Below the pieces are notes generated by a model. That model made no database searches and had not been told where the DNA came from. It saw only the letters and a list, made by a program, of their open reading frames with translations. From NCBI RefSeq assembly GCF_050920415.1, contig NZ_CP169309.1: a stretch of DNA of 64,000 bases; one strand, given 5' to 3'. Below, piece by piece: positions 38,349 through 49,147 of this stretch. Origin of the DNA: Escherichia coli. GTDB taxonomy: Bacteria > Pseudomonadota > Gammaproteobacteria > Enterobacterales > Enterobacteriaceae. The stretch's first letter is position 1. The number at the start of each line of letters is the position of its first letter. The position numbers and the translations under genes are program-made.

Positions 38349-40829
38349 ATGTTGAGAATGACCCCACTTGCATCAGCAATCGTAGCGTTATTGCTTGGCA
38401 TTGAAGCTTATGCAGCTGAAGAAACTTTTGATACTCATTTTATGATAGGTGGAATGAAAGACCAGCAGGTTGCAAATATTCGTCTTGATGATAATCAACC
38501 CTTGCCAGGGCAGTATGAAATCGATATTTATGTCAATAAGCAATGGCGAGGGAAATACGAGGTTATCGTTAAAGATAATCACGAAGAAACATGCCTGGAA
38601 AGGGAAATTATAAAGCGATTGGGTATTAATACCGATAACTTTGCCAGCGGTAAGCAATGTTTAACATTTGAGCAACTTGTTCACGGTGGGAGCTATACCT
38701 GGGATATCGGAGTTTTTCGTCTCGATTTCAGTGTACCGCAGGCGTGGGTGGAAGAACTGGAAAGTGGCTATGTTCCACCGGAAAACTGGGAGCGGGGTAT
38801 TAATGCGTTTTATACCTCTTATTATGTGAGTCAGTATTACAGCGACTATAAAGCGTCGGGTAATAGCAAGAGTACATATGTACGTTTTAACAGCGGGTTA
38901 AACTTACTGGGGTGGCAACTGCATTCTGATGCCAGTTTAAGTAAAACAAATAGCAATCCAGGGGTGTGGAAAAGCAATACCCTGTATCTGGAACGTGGAT
39001 TTGCCCAACTTCTCGGCACGCTTCGCGTGGGTGATATGTACACATCAAGCGATATTTTTGATTCTGTTCGCTTCAGCGGTGTGCGGTTGTTTCGTGATAT
39101 GCAGATGTTGCCTAACTCGAAACAAAATTTTACTCCACGGGTGCAGGGGATTGCTCAGAGTAACGCGCTGGTAACTATTGAACAGAACGGTTTTGTGGTT
39201 TATCAGAAAGAGGTTCCTCCTGGCCCGTTTGCGATTACAGATTTGCAGTTGGCCGGTGGTGGAGCAGATCTTGATGTCAGCGTGAAAGAGGCGGACGGTT
39301 CGGTAACCACCTATCTGGTGCCTTATGCAGCAGTGCCGAATATGCTGCAACCCGGCGTGTCGAAATATGATTTTGCGGCAGGTCGTAGCCATATTGAAGG
39401 GGCGAGCAAACAAAGTGATTTTGTTCAGGCGGGTTATCAGTATGGTTTTAATAACTTATTGACGCTGTATGGCGGATCGATGGTCGCGAATAATTATTAC
39501 GCGTTCACTTTGGGGACTGGCTGGAATACACGCATTGGTGCCATTTCCGTCGATGCCACGAAGTCGCATAGTAAACAAGACAACGGCGATGTGTTTGACG
39601 GGCAAAGTTATCAAATTGCCTACAACAAATTTGTGAGCCAAACGTCGACGCGTTTTGGTCTGGCGGCCTGGCGTTATTCGTCGCGTGATTACCGGACATT
39701 TAACGATCACGTTTGGGCAAACAATAAAGATAATTATCGCCGTGATGAAAACGATATCTATGACATTGCCGATTATTACCAGAACGATTTTGGCCGTAAA
39801 AATAGCTTTTCTGCCAATATGAGCCAGTCATTGCCAGAAGGCTGGGGTTCTGTGTCCTTAAGTACGTTATGGCGAGATTACTGGGGGCGTAGCGGCAGCA
39901 GTAAGGATTATCAGTTGAGTTATTCCAACAACCTGCGACGGATAAGCTATACCCTCGCGGCAAGCCAGGCTTATGACGAGAATCATCATGAAGAGAAACG
40001 TTTTAATATTTTTATATCGATTCCCTTTGATTGGGGTGATGACGTTACGACGCCTCGTCGGCAAATATATATGTCTAACTCAACGACGTTTGATGATCAG
40101 GGTTTTGCCTCAAATAATACGGGATTATCGGGAACCGTTGGAAGCCGGGATCAATTTAACTATGGGGTCAACTTAAGTCATCAGCATCAGGGAAATGAAA
40201 CGACAGCTGGAGCGAATTTAACCTGGAACGCGCCGGTGGCAACGGTGAATGGCAGTTATAGTCAGTCGAGTACTTATCGACAGGCTGGAGCCAGTCTTTC
40301 AGGGGGCATTGTCGCCTGGTCGGGTGGCGTTAATCTGGCGAACCGTCTTTCCGAAACGTTTGCTGTGATGAATGCGCCAGGAATTAAAGATGCTTATGTC
40401 AATGGGCAAAAATATCGCACAACAAACCGTAATGGAGTGGTGGTATACGATGGAATGACACCTTATCGGGAAAATCACCTGATGCTGGATGTGTCGCAAA
40501 GCGATAGCGAAGCAGAATTACGTGGCAACCGGAACATTGCCGCCCCTTTTCGCGGCGCGGTTGTACTGGTTAATTTTGATACCGATCAGCGCAAGCCCTG
40601 GTTTATAAAAGCGTTAAGAACGGATGGGCAACCATTAACGTTTGGTTATGAAGTCAATGATATCCACGGTCACAATATTGGCGTTGTCGGCCAGGGAAGC
40701 CAGTTATTTATTCGCACCAATGAAGTACCGCCATCGGTTAATGTAGCAATTGATAAGCAACAAGGGCTTTCATGCACAATCACCTTCGGTAAAGAGATTG
40801 ATGAAAGTAGAAATTATATTTGCCAGTAA
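38349..40829 (+). CDS. yehB: outer-membrane fimbrial usher
   Basis: ORF 38334..40829; start at ATG 38349 with AGGAG SD (MLRMTPLASAIVALLLG...), 826 aa. Confidence 0.9.
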   Translation: MLRMTPLASAIVALLLGIEAYAAEETFDTHFMIGGMKDQQVANIRLDDNQPLPGQYEIDIYVNKQWRGKYEVIVKDNHEETCLEREIIKRLGINTDNFASGKQCLTFEQLVHGGSYTWDIGVFRLDFSVPQAWVEELESGYVPPENWERGINAFYTSYYVSQYYSDYKASGNSKSTYVRFNSGLNLLGWQLHSDASLSKTNSNPGVWKSNTLYLERGFAQLLGTLRVGDMYTSSDIFDSVRFSGVRLFRDMQMLPNSKQNFTPRVQGIAQSNALVTIEQNGFVVYQKEVPPGPFAITDLQLAGGGADLDVSVKEADGSVTTYLVPYAAVPNMLQPGVSKYDFAAGRSHIEGASKQSDFVQAGYQYGFNNLLTLYGGSMVANNYYAFTLGTGWNTRIGAISVDATKSHSKQDNGDVFDGQSYQIAYNKFVSQTSTRFGLAAWRYSSRDYRTFNDHVWANNKDNYRRDENDIYDIADYYQNDFGRKNSFSANMSQSLPEGWGSVSLSTLWRDYWGRSGSSKDYQLSYSNNLRRISYTLAASQAYDENHHEEKRFNIFISIPFDWGDDVTTPRRQIYMSNSTTFDDQGFASNNTGLSGTVGSRDQFNYGVNLSHQHQGNETTAGANLTWNAPVATVNGSYSQSSTYRQAGASLSGGIVAWSGGVNLANRLSETFAVMNAPGIKDAYVNGQKYRTTNRNGVVVYDGMTPYRENHLMLDVSQSDSEAELRGNRNIAAPFRGAVVLVNFDTDQRKPWFIKALRTDGQPLTFGYEVNDIHGHNIGVVGQGSQLFIRTNEVPPSVNVAIDKQQGLSCTITFGKEIDESRNYICQ

Positions 40830-40844
40830 TAGTCAGGTGGTTCT

Positions 40845-41879
40845 ATGAAAATTCGCATAATGCTATTTATATTAACGATGATGGTTATGCCTGTGAGCTA
40901 TGCAGCATGTTATAGTGAGTTATCTGTTCAGCACAATTTGATTGTTCAGGGGGATTTTGCACTTACTCAAACACAAACGGCGACATATGAGCATAATTTC
41001 AACGATTCATCATGTGTGAGTACAAATACCATCACTCCCATGAATTCATCGGATATTATTGTTGGGCTGTATAACGATACAATTAAATTAAATTTACATT
41101 TTGAATGGACCAATAAAAACAACATCACGTTGTCAAATAATCAGACCAGTTTCACTAATGGTTATTCGGTAACGGTGACACCTGCGGCCAGTAATGCAAA
41201 AGTGAATGTTTCTGCGGGGGGCGGCGGTTCAGTGATGATTAATGGTGTTGCGACATTATCCAGTGCTTCATCATCGACACGCGGGAGTGCTGCAGTACAA
41301 TTTTTACTGTGTTTATTCGGTGGCAAGTCATGGGATGCATGTGTAAATAGCTACAGAAATGCATTGGCACAAAATGCAGGTGTCTATTCCTTTAATCTGA
41401 CATTGTCATACAACCCGATAACCACAACCTGCAAACCGGACGATTTATTAATTACTTTAGAGAGTATTCCCGTTTCACAATTACCAGCTACAGGTAACAA
41501 AGCAACAATAAATAGTAACAAAGGGGATATTGTTCTGCGTTGTAAAAACTTATTAGGTCAACAAAATCAAACATCACGGAAAATGCAGGTGTATTTATCA
41601 AGTTCTGACTTGTTAACCAACAGCAACACAATACTGAAAGGTGCGGAAGATAATGGCGTAGGATTTATTCTTGAAAGTAATGGTTCTCCAGTCACACTTT
41701 TAAATATCACTAACAGCAGTAAAGAATACACAAATTTAAAAGAAATTGCGGCAAAGTCAAAACTTACAGATACAACGGTTTCAATTCCGATAACTGCCAG
41801 TTACTACGTCTACGATACAAATAAAATTAAATCTGGCGCACTGGAGGCAACCGCATTAATCAACGTGAAATACGACTAA
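40845..41879 (+). CDS. yehA: fimbrial tip adhesin-like subunit
   Basis: 344 aa with signal peptide; last gene of the fimbrial operon. Confidence 0.85.
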   Translation: MKIRIMLFILTMMVMPVSYAACYSELSVQHNLIVQGDFALTQTQTATYEHNFNDSSCVSTNTITPMNSSDIIVGLYNDTIKLNLHFEWTNKNNITLSNNQTSFTNGYSVTVTPAASNAKVNVSAGGGGSVMINGVATLSSASSSTRGSAAVQFLLCLFGGKSWDACVNSYRNALAQNAGVYSFNLTLSYNPITTTCKPDDLLITLESIPVSQLPATGNKATINSNKGDIVLRCKNLLGQQNQTSRKMQVYLSSSDLLTNSNTILKGAEDNGVGFILESNGSPVTLLNITNSSKEYTNLKEIAAKSKLTDTTVSIPITASYYVYDTNKIKSGALEATALINVKYD

Positions 41880-41935
41880 TAACAAGCAAGACGAGCAAGT
41901 GGCTAATAATAAAAAATAACAAGGTGTCTGCATTT

Positions 41936-41962
41936 CCCCCTCATGATGAGGGGGCTTTTTTT
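41936..41962 (+). terminator. yeh fimbrial operon terminator
   Basis: Stem ccccctca / tgaggggg followed by cttttttt. Confidence 0.7.
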
Positions 41963-42299
41963 AGCGATGATAAAAAATCTCACCATCGTAGGCTTTAATG
42001 ATTTTACCGTCGGTGTCGCTGATCAACACGTACGCGCCACCCATATAGGTCCAGTGCGTCCCGGCATCAGGCGCGGGCAGGTTACGTAACTGCCACTGCT
42101 TAATGTTGTACTCATCGGTGCGGTACATCTCTGGGACGGTATCGCCTGGTTTGAAATGCTTAAAGTCAGCAATGAAACTGCTTAACTCATACTTAGAAAT
42201 TCCCGAGGTATTGGTCGAACCCGCGGTGGCTGGTGCGGCCCAGGCGGCACTGGTAACCAGCAAAAGCACACCCAGCAACATCTTATTTTTAATGGTCAT
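41961..42299 (-). CDS. rcnB: periplasmic modulator of Ni/Co efflux
   Basis: ORF 41961..42479; start at ATG 42299 (MTIKNKMLLGVLLLVTSAAWA...), 112 aa; downstream of rcnA. Confidence 0.85.
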   Translation of the reverse strand: MTIKNKMLLGVLLLVTSAAWAAPATAGSTNTSGISKYELSSFIADFKHFKPGDTVPEMYRTDEYNIKQWQLRNLPAPDAGTHWTYMGGAYVLISDTDGKIIKAYDGEIFYHR

Positions 42300-42503
42300 A
42301 AACTCTCCACTTTGGGGATCTGTAATATCAGTCGCATATCTTTCCTGCCATACAATATAACTGACAAGCGATATTTTGTTAGTGATCCCATGATTTCGTA
42401 AAAAGTGTAAATGAAAGGATGCCCTAAAAGCATCCTTAGCGAGCAGAGAGCCAGCGGAAATAGCTGATTTAAGAATCATCCTGGGCTGAAGATAACATGC
42501 AGC

Positions 42504-43325
42504 CTATCGCATAATGCCCATAAAGCCATGCACGCCCATATACACCCCAACTAAGCCAATCAACAGACTGGAAAAATAGGGGGCACGTTTAGCGAGAGTG
42601 TTAAATCCGCTCCAGCGTTTTGCGACCTGCTGAACGCTGATTGCTGCGCCAACGCCTACGGTGACTAGCGTTAACGCCAGGCCAATGCTGAAACTGACGA
42701 CCAGTGTTGCGCCTAGTGTCAGGGCTTTCAACTGAATACAAATCAACAGCACGGTAATTGCTGCCGGGCAGGGGATCAGTCCACCTGTTAACCCAAACAA
42801 TAAAATTTGCCAGTTGGTCACTTCTCTGCCATTGAAGCGTCGTTTGATGTCATTGGCATGGGCTCGTGCATGAGCATCCTGATACTCCCCATGTTCGTGA
42901 TGGTGATGATGTCCATGGTCGTGGTGATCTTCGTGATCGTGATGATACTCATGATCATGCCCGTGCATATTCTCCAGCCAGTTGCGTTCGCCGCGCCAGG
43001 TACGCCAGAACATCCAGAACGCGGTGCCAATAATGATCACCGCGGAAATCAACTGGAGCCACGGTTCTGCAGATTGAGCAGTAAAACGTTTGCTGATCAC
43101 CATCCCGCCAAAGGCAATCAACCAGACCACCGCGGTATGCGAAATGGTTGCTGCCAGTCCGAGCATCACCGCCTGTTTAATGGTGCCTTTGATGGCGATG
43201 ATAAACGCCGCCATCATCGTTTTTGAGTGCCCTGGTTCCAGGCCATGAAGCGCACCAAGTAAGATGGCGCTGGGAATGAAGAACCAGGCGTTTCCTTGCT
43301 GAAGAAGAGTGGTAAATTCGGTCAT
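42504..43325 (-). CDS. rcnA: nickel/cobalt efflux permease
   Basis: 273 aa membrane protein with histidine-rich loop (HGHDHEYHHDHEDHHDHGHHHHHEHGEY). Confidence 0.9.
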   Translation of the reverse strand: MTEFTTLLQQGNAWFFIPSAILLGALHGLEPGHSKTMMAAFIIAIKGTIKQAVMLGLAATISHTAVVWLIAFGGMVISKRFTAQSAEPWLQLISAVIIIGTAFWMFWRTWRGERNWLENMHGHDHEYHHDHEDHHDHGHHHHHEHGEYQDAHARAHANDIKRRFNGREVTNWQILLFGLTGGLIPCPAAITVLLICIQLKALTLGATLVVSFSIGLALTLVTVGVGAAISVQQVAKRWSGFNTLAKRAPYFSSLLIGLVGVYMGVHGFMGIMR

Positions 43326-43372
43326 GATAATAATTCTTAGTATTAATTCGGCAATCCGATTCTACTCCCCCC

Positions 43373-43407
43373 CAGTACCTGATACTACCCCCCAGTAGAA
43401 TAATAGT
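43373..43407. promoter_or_regulatory. tandem RcnR operator sites in the rcnA-rcnR divergent promoter region
   Basis: TACT-C7-AGTA at 43373..43387 and TACT-A-C6-AGTA at 43393..43407, matching the known TACT-G6-N-AGTA RcnR site (reverse strand). Confidence 0.75.
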
Positions 43408-43445
43408 GCTATGATTTTTCATGTTCTTGTTAACCAGGTGTTGCC

Positions 43446-43718
43446 ATGTCTCATACAATCCGTGATAAACAGAAACTGAAAGCGCGTGCCAGTAAGATTC
43501 AGGGTCAGGTCGTGGCGCTCAAGAAAATGCTCGACGAGCCGCACGAATGCGCAGCTGTTCTACAACAGATTGCTGCTATCCGTGGCGCGGTAAACGGCCT
43601 GATGCGCGAAGTGATTAAGGGGCATCTGACGGAACACATCGTTCACCAGGGGGATGAGCTAAAACGTGAAGAAGATCTGGATGTCGTTCTGAAGGTGTTG
43701 GATTCATATATCAAATAA
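43446..43718 (+). CDS. rcnR: Ni/Co-responsive repressor (CsoR/RcnR family)
   Basis: 90 aa; divergent from rcnA. Confidence 0.9.
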
Positions 43719-43804
43719 TTTCACAACGTTATTGTAATACCGCCGTTTTTCCTCGTTTACAACGTGTGCGCGGGACATTACCATCCATCTCTGCGATTCA
43801 TCAT

Positions 43805-43940
43805 CGCAACCAAACGACTCGGGGTGCCCTTCTGCGTGAAGGCTGAGAAATACCCGTATCACCTGATCTGGATAATGCCAGCGTAGGGAAGTCACAGACC
43901 ACCAGGTCATTGCTTCTTCACGTTATGGCAGGAGCAAACT
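43805..43940 (+). promoter_or_regulatory. TPP (THI-box) riboswitch in the thiM leader
   Basis: Aptamer ctcggggtgcccttctgcgtgaaggctgagaaatacccgtatcacctgatctggataatgccagcgtagggaag at 43818..43891, with conserved CUGAGA and ACCUGAUCUGGAUAAUGCCAGCG elements; sits directly upstream of the thiM SD and ATG. Confidence 0.9.
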
Positions 43941-44729
43941 ATGCAAGTCGACCTGCTGAGTTCCGCGCAATCAGCGCACGCGTTAAACCTCTTTTACCAA
44001 CACTCTCCTCTTGTGCATTGCATGACCAATGATGTGGTGCAAACCTTTACTGCCAATACTTTACTGGTGCTCGGTGCATCGCCAGCGATGGTTATCGAAG
44101 CAGAAGAGGCCAGTCAATTTGCGGCTATCGCCAGTGCCTTGCTAATTAACGTTGGCACGCTGACGCAGCCACGCGCACAGGCAATGCGTGCTGCCGTTGA
44201 ACAGGCAACACACTCCCAAACGCCCTGGACGCTTGATCCGGTCGCGGTTGGCGCACTCGATTATCGTCGCCGTTTTTGTCATGAACTTTTATCTTTTAAA
44301 CCGGCAGCGATACGTGGTAATGCTTCGGAAATCATGGCATTAGCTGGCGTTGCTAATGGTGGACGGGGAGTGGATACCACTGACGCCGCGGCTAACGCGA
44401 TACCTGCTGCACAAACACTGGCACGGGAAACTGGCGCAATCGTCGTGGTCACTGGCGAGGTGGATTATATTACCGATGGTCGTCGCACCGTTGGCATTCA
44501 CGGCGGCGATCCGTTAATGACCAAAGTGGTAGGAACTGGCTGTGCATTATCGGCAGTTGTCGCTGCCTGTTGTGCATTACCAGGCGATATGCTGGAAAAT
44601 ATCGCATCTGCCTGTCACTGGATGAAACAAGCCGGAGAACGCGCCGTCGCCAGAAGTGAAGGGCCTGGCAGTTTTGTTCCCCATTTTCTTGATGCGCTCT
44701 GGCAATTGACGCAGGAGGTGCAGGCGTGA
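43941..44729 (+). CDS. thiM: hydroxyethylthiazole kinase
   Basis: 262 aa; translation matches recalled ThiM; stop overlaps thiD start. Confidence 0.9.
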   Translation: MQVDLLSSAQSAHALNLFYQHSPLVHCMTNDVVQTFTANTLLVLGASPAMVIEAEEASQFAAIASALLINVGTLTQPRAQAMRAAVEQATHSQTPWTLDPVAVGALDYRRRFCHELLSFKPAAIRGNASEIMALAGVANGGRGVDTTDAAANAIPAAQTLARETGAIVVVTGEVDYITDGRRTVGIHGGDPLMTKVVGTGCALSAVVAACCALPGDMLENIASACHWMKQAGERAVARSEGPGSFVPHFLDALWQLTQEVQA

Positions 44730-45526
44730 AACGAATTAACGCTCTGACGATTGCCGGTACTGATCCGAGTGGTGGTGCGGGGATTCAGGCCGATCTTAAA
44801 ACCTTCTCGGCACTTGGCGCTTATGGTTGTTCAGTAATAACCGCCCTGGTAGCGCAAAACACCCGAGGCGTGCAATCGGTGTATCGCATAGATCCTGATT
44901 TTGTCGCCGCGCAGTTGGATTCGGTGTTCACTGATGTGCGAATCGACACCACTAAAATCGGTATGTTGGCGGAAACCGATATTGTTGAAGCGGTGGCAGA
45001 ACGGTTGCAACGTTATCAGATCCAAAACGTGGTACTCGACACCGTTATGCTGGCAAAAAGCGGCGACCCGCTGCTTTCACCTTCGGCAGTTGCCACGCTA
45101 CGCAGTCGATTATTGCCATATGTTTCATTAATAACGCCAAACTTGCCCGAAGCAGCCGCCTTGCTCGACGCGCCACACGCGCGCACCGAACAGGAAATGC
45201 TGGAACAAGGGCGATCGCTGTTGGCGATGGGCTGTGGCGCAGTGCTAATGAAAGGTGGTCATCTGGATGATGAGCAAAGCCCGGACTGGCTGTTTACCCG
45301 CGAGGGTGAACAACGGTTTACCGCACCGCGCATTATGACCAAAAACACTCACGGCACTGGTTGTACGCTCTCTGCGGCGTTGGCTGCACTGCGCCCGCGC
45401 CATACAAACTGGGCTGACACCGTACAGGAGGCAAAAAGCTGGCTTTCATCGGCATTAGCCCAAGCCGACACGCTGGAAGTTGGTCACGGTATTGGTCCGG
45501 TTCACCACTTCCACGCCTGGTGGTGA
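44726..45526 (+). CDS. thiD: hydroxymethylpyrimidine / phosphomethylpyrimidine kinase
   Basis: 266 aa; PfkB-like ribokinase-fold kinase. Confidence 0.9.
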   Translation: MKRINALTIAGTDPSGGAGIQADLKTFSALGAYGCSVITALVAQNTRGVQSVYRIDPDFVAAQLDSVFTDVRIDTTKIGMLAETDIVEAVAERLQRYQIQNVVLDTVMLAKSGDPLLSPSAVATLRSRLLPYVSLITPNLPEAAALLDAPHARTEQEMLEQGRSLLAMGCGAVLMKGGHLDDEQSPDWLFTREGEQRFTAPRIMTKNTHGTGCTLSAALAALRPRHTNWADTVQEAKSWLSSALAQADTLEVGHGIGPVHHFHAWW

Positions 45527-45581
45527 GCACCGTACTATAGCTGCTTTGGTTATTGTCAGCCTTTGGCGCTGACATTCAGGG

Positions 45582-46409
45582 ATGAAACCAATGCAGCTTA
45601 GCATCACCAGTCGAAAAAAATTCACCGCTTTATTATGCGCTCTTGGGCTAATTTCCATCGTTGCAATTTATCCGCGTCAGACGGTGAATTTTTTCTATTC
45701 GACAGCTATTCAGATTAAAGACTACATCCACTTCTACGGTTATCGCCCGGTTAAATCTTTCGCTATTCGCATTCCTGCCAGTTACACCATTCACGGAATA
45801 GATGTTTCGCGCTGGCAGGAGCGGATCGACTGGCAGCGGGTGGCTAAAATGCGCGATAACGGTATTCGTTTGCAATTTGCCTTTATCAAGGCGACGGAAG
45901 GCGAAAAGCTGGTGGACCCGTATTTTTCGCGTAACTGGCAACTAAGCCGCGAAAATGGCCTGTTGCGTGGGGCGTATCATTATTTTTCCCCGTCGGTATC
46001 CGCCTCAGTTCAGGCGCGATTATTTCTGCAAACGGTGGATTTCTCACAAGGCGATCTACCTGCCGTGCTGGACGTAGAAGAACGGGGAAAATTATCGGCA
46101 AAAGAATTACGCAAGCGGGTAAGTCAGTGGCTAAAAATGGTCGAAAAACGCACGGGAAAAAAGCCGATTATTTACTCAGGAGCCGTTTTTTATCACACCA
46201 ATCTGGCGGGCTATTTCAATGAATATCCGTGGTGGGTGGCTCACTATTATCAACGTCGTCCGGACAATGACGGCATGGCCTGGCGCTTCTGGCAACATTC
46301 CGACCGTGGCCAGGTGGATGGCATTAATGGCCTGGTGGATTTTAATGTGTTTAATGGCACGGTGGAGGAGCTGCAGGGATTCGTTGATGGGATTAAAGAA
46401 ACGCCTTAA
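45582..46409 (+). CDS. yegX: GH25 lysozyme-like muramidase with N-terminal membrane anchor
   Basis: 275 aa; N-terminal hydrophobic segment; position matches K-12 yegX. Confidence 0.75.
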   Translation: MKPMQLSITSRKKFTALLCALGLISIVAIYPRQTVNFFYSTAIQIKDYIHFYGYRPVKSFAIRIPASYTIHGIDVSRWQERIDWQRVAKMRDNGIRLQFAFIKATEGEKLVDPYFSRNWQLSRENGLLRGAYHYFSPSVSASVQARLFLQTVDFSQGDLPAVLDVEERGKLSAKELRKRVSQWLKMVEKRTGKKPIIYSGAVFYHTNLAGYFNEYPWWVAHYYQRRPDNDGMAWRFWQHSDRGQVDGINGLVDFNVFNGTVEELQGFVDGIKETP

Positions 46410-46460
46410 ATAAGAAGCAGTGATATACTCCCTCCAGACTCATCGCCTGGAAAAAGACAA

Positions 46461-47207
46461 ATGGAACAAGCGCATACCCAGCTGATTGCCCAACTGAACG
46501 AACGTATTTTAGCAGCGGATAACACGCCGCTTTATATTAAGTTTGCCGAAACGGTGAAAAATGCCGTGCGCAGCGGGGTGCTGGAACATGGCAATATTTT
46601 ACCCGGCGAGCGCGATTTAAGTCAGTTAACCGGCGTTTCGCGTATTACGGTGCGCAAGGCGATGCAGGCGCTGGAAGAAGAGGGCGTGGTGACACGTTCG
46701 CGCGGCTACGGCACGCAGATTAATAACATCTTTGAATACTCGTTAAAAGAAGCGCGAGGATTTTCTCAGCAGGTGGTGTTGCGCGGGAAAAAGCCCGATA
46801 CGCTATGGGTTAACAAGCGAGTGGTTAAATGCCCTGAAGAGGTGGCGCAGCAATTGGCGGTCGAAGCGGGTAGTGATGTCTTTTTGCTTAAGCGTATTCG
46901 CTATGTTGATGAAGAAGCGGTCTCTATTGAGGAGTCGTGGGTTCCGGCGCATTTAATTCATGATGTTGATGCCATCGGAATCTCTCTTTATGACTACTTC
47001 CGCAGTCAGCATATTTTTCCAAAGCGTACCCGTTCCCGCGTTAGCGCCCGGATGCCGGATGCCGAGTTTCAGTCACATATTCAATTAGATAGTAAAATAC
47101 CGGTGCTGGTGATCAAGCAAGTGGCGCTTGACCAACAGCAACGGCCTATTGAGTACAGCATCAGCCACTGTCGCAGTGATCTATACGTTTTTGTGTGTGA
47201 GGAGTAG
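46461..47207 (+). CDS. yegW: GntR/HutC-family transcriptional regulator
   Basis: 248 aa; N-terminal GntR-type HTH and C-terminal UTRA-like region. Confidence 0.8.
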   Translation: MEQAHTQLIAQLNERILAADNTPLYIKFAETVKNAVRSGVLEHGNILPGERDLSQLTGVSRITVRKAMQALEEEGVVTRSRGYGTQINNIFEYSLKEARGFSQQVVLRGKKPDTLWVNKRVVKCPEEVAQQLAVEAGSDVFLLKRIRYVDEEAVSIEESWVPAHLIHDVDAIGISLYDYFRSQHIFPKRTRSRVSARMPDAEFQSHIQLDSKIPVLVIKQVALDQQQRPIEYSISHCRSDLYVFVCEE

Positions 47208-48146
47208 TTCCTCGCGGGTTGGCGCGCAATCACCGCCGCGATGCCCGACAACCCACGACGCCACTGCATTGCCCAGCAATACGGCATCCGCCAGTGGCAA
47301 ACCAGAGGCCAGTCCAGCTAATACGCCACCTGCATGACTGTCGCCCGCCCCAATGGTGTCTACAACTTGCGTTGGAAATGCCGGGATGCAGCCAGAAGCG
47401 TTATTGCTGAAATACCATGCGCCTTCTTTATCCAGACGAACGATCAACGGCGCGGCAAATTTCTCCTGCCATTGCTTGCCAAGTGTTGTTATCTCTGCTG
47501 ATAAAGCAAAACGTTCGGCGGCAATCTCAACCTCCTGACGATTGAGTGACACTAAAGGTCGACAGGCCATGATTCGCGCCAGTAATGCATCCGGGATATC
47601 GCCAATACGTGGGCCAAAATCGATGAACGGCGTCACGTCTTGCAGACTCTCCAGCCATTCCACTAACAATTCACCGCAGGGCGAGGCCAGTTGATAACCG
47701 GAAAAATAGAGCAGGCTGCCAGGCGCAACGGTTAATCGCGCCAACCATTCGCGATTCCACTGATTTTCCACACCACTGAACGACATAAACGTGCGTTCAC
47801 CATCAGGCTCAACCAGCGCCAGACACCAGCCGTTATCGCCTTCGGCGTTATCGATGAGGCTGATTAATCCTTCTTTCGCCATCCGGTTACGAATAATTTC
47901 CGCCCACACACCCTGGCCGAGCGGCAGGGCATTACCCGCTTCGATACCGAGGCGATTTAACGCCACGGCAATATTCAGTGCACAGCCGCCAACGTTAACG
48001 CTCTGCTGTTTCAGTTCGATATCGCACCCACGCCAGGGTAGGGCATAAGCGTCGGCGATCACATCAATGACCGCCGCGCCGACGACCATCACCGGCTGAC
48101 GCGTGGTTAATTCAGGCAGCAGCGTGTGTAATCGAGCGCCGCTCAT
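47181..48146 (-). CDS. yegV: PfkB-family carbohydrate/nucleoside kinase
   Basis: 321 aa; ribokinase-like motifs (GG dipeptide, DTxGAGD); 3' end overlaps the yegW 3' end convergently. Confidence 0.8.
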   Translation of the reverse strand: MSGARLHTLLPELTTRQPVMVVGAAVIDVIADAYALPWRGCDIELKQQSVNVGGCALNIAVALNRLGIEAGNALPLGQGVWAEIIRNRMAKEGLISLIDNAEGDNGWCLALVEPDGERTFMSFSGVENQWNREWLARLTVAPGSLLYFSGYQLASPCGELLVEWLESLQDVTPFIDFGPRIGDIPDALLARIMACRPLVSLNRQEVEIAAERFALSAEITTLGKQWQEKFAAPLIVRLDKEGAWYFSNNASGCIPAFPTQVVDTIGAGDSHAGGVLAGLASGLPLADAVLLGNAVASWVVGHRGGDCAPTREELLLTHKNV

Positions 48147-49147
48147 ACCGCCTCCCGTTGTTGGCGATACTTTGCCAGCGCCGTGGCATAATGATTAAAA
48201 TCAAGCTGATTTACCGCATCCAGCTCCGTCTTAAACGCAGGATCGATAGCGTTAACGCCATGCAATGCGCCGCAAATCGCCGTCGCCATAGCGCCGATGG
48301 TGTCTGTGTCGCCGCCAAGGTTAGCGCACAGGATGGCGCAACGGTTCGGGTCGGTTTGTGCCAGTTCAACCAGCGCAATGGCGCACGGAACGGACTCAAT
48401 AGTACTGGTACCTGCCCCAACCACCTGATACAGCTGTTCGCTGGCGGATTCGGTGCCGTCGGCATTGCGCACAATTTTCAGCGCAATCTCCAGACGTGCT
48501 GCCAGTGAGGCGCTGAAGGTAGTGATGCGTTTTTGCTGTGCATGTCGCGCAATCGAGGGTAGAGAATCAACAATCGCTGACCAGCTTTCTCCGTCAATGG
48601 CACGGGAAATCGCCCATGCGATGACTACTGCACCTGCCACCGCCAGATCGGATTTATGGGTCGGGCTGGACGCCAGCGCCACATCATCAATAAAGGAATC
48701 AACATCGCGCGCCGGAAGCAAACAACCTAATGGCGAGACGCGCATCGCTGCGCCGTTGGTCACGCCATTGTTTTCCAGTTCAGCAACGGGTTTACCGTCG
48801 CGAATGGCGTTAAGCGCAATCTTCGAAGTTGGGCCAAGCACGTTTTTGTTAAAGGCGTTGAAACGCAGCGCCCAGTCGAGAATATTACGCCCAATCAGAT
48901 CCGGATCAATCTCGCCTTCACGTTCCAGTAACGCATCAGCCAGGCAAAGAGCCATTGAGGTATCGTCGGTAAATTCGGCGCGGTTAAAATAACAGGCCGC
49001 GTTATTCTCCTTTGGTCCAGGCAGAAAACGGTCAATCCAGCCAAAGTGTGCTTTAACGCGGCTGCGTGGCCAAAGCTCGGAGGGCATCCCCATCGCATCC
49101 CCTAACGCCTGCCCATAAAGAGCACCGAGAATACGTTCTGTTTTCAT
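48143..49147 (-). CDS. yegU: ADP-ribosylglycohydrolase-family protein
   Basis: 334 aa; start overlaps yegT stop, stop overlaps yegV start. Confidence 0.8.
   Translation of the reverse strand: MKTERILGALYGQALGDAMGMPSELWPRSRVKAHFGWIDRFLPGPKENNAACYFNRAEFTDDTSMALCLADALLEREGEIDPDLIGRNILDWALRFNAFNKNVLGPTSKIALNAIRDGKPVAELENNGVTNGAAMRVSPLGCLLPARDVDSFIDDVALASSPTHKSDLAVAGAVVIAWAISRAIDGESWSAIVDSLPSIARHAQQKRITTFSASLAARLEIALKIVRNADGTESASEQLYQVVGAGTSTIESVPCAIALVELAQTDPNRCAILCANLGGDTDTIGAMATAICGALHGVNAIDPAFKTELDAVNQLDFNHYATALAKYRQQREAV

Noticed and set aside
42807-43226. 139-aa ORF on the plus strand
   Set aside because: Antisense to the histidine-rich loop of rcnA; its Met/Val/Ile repeats mirror the His codons of the real gene.
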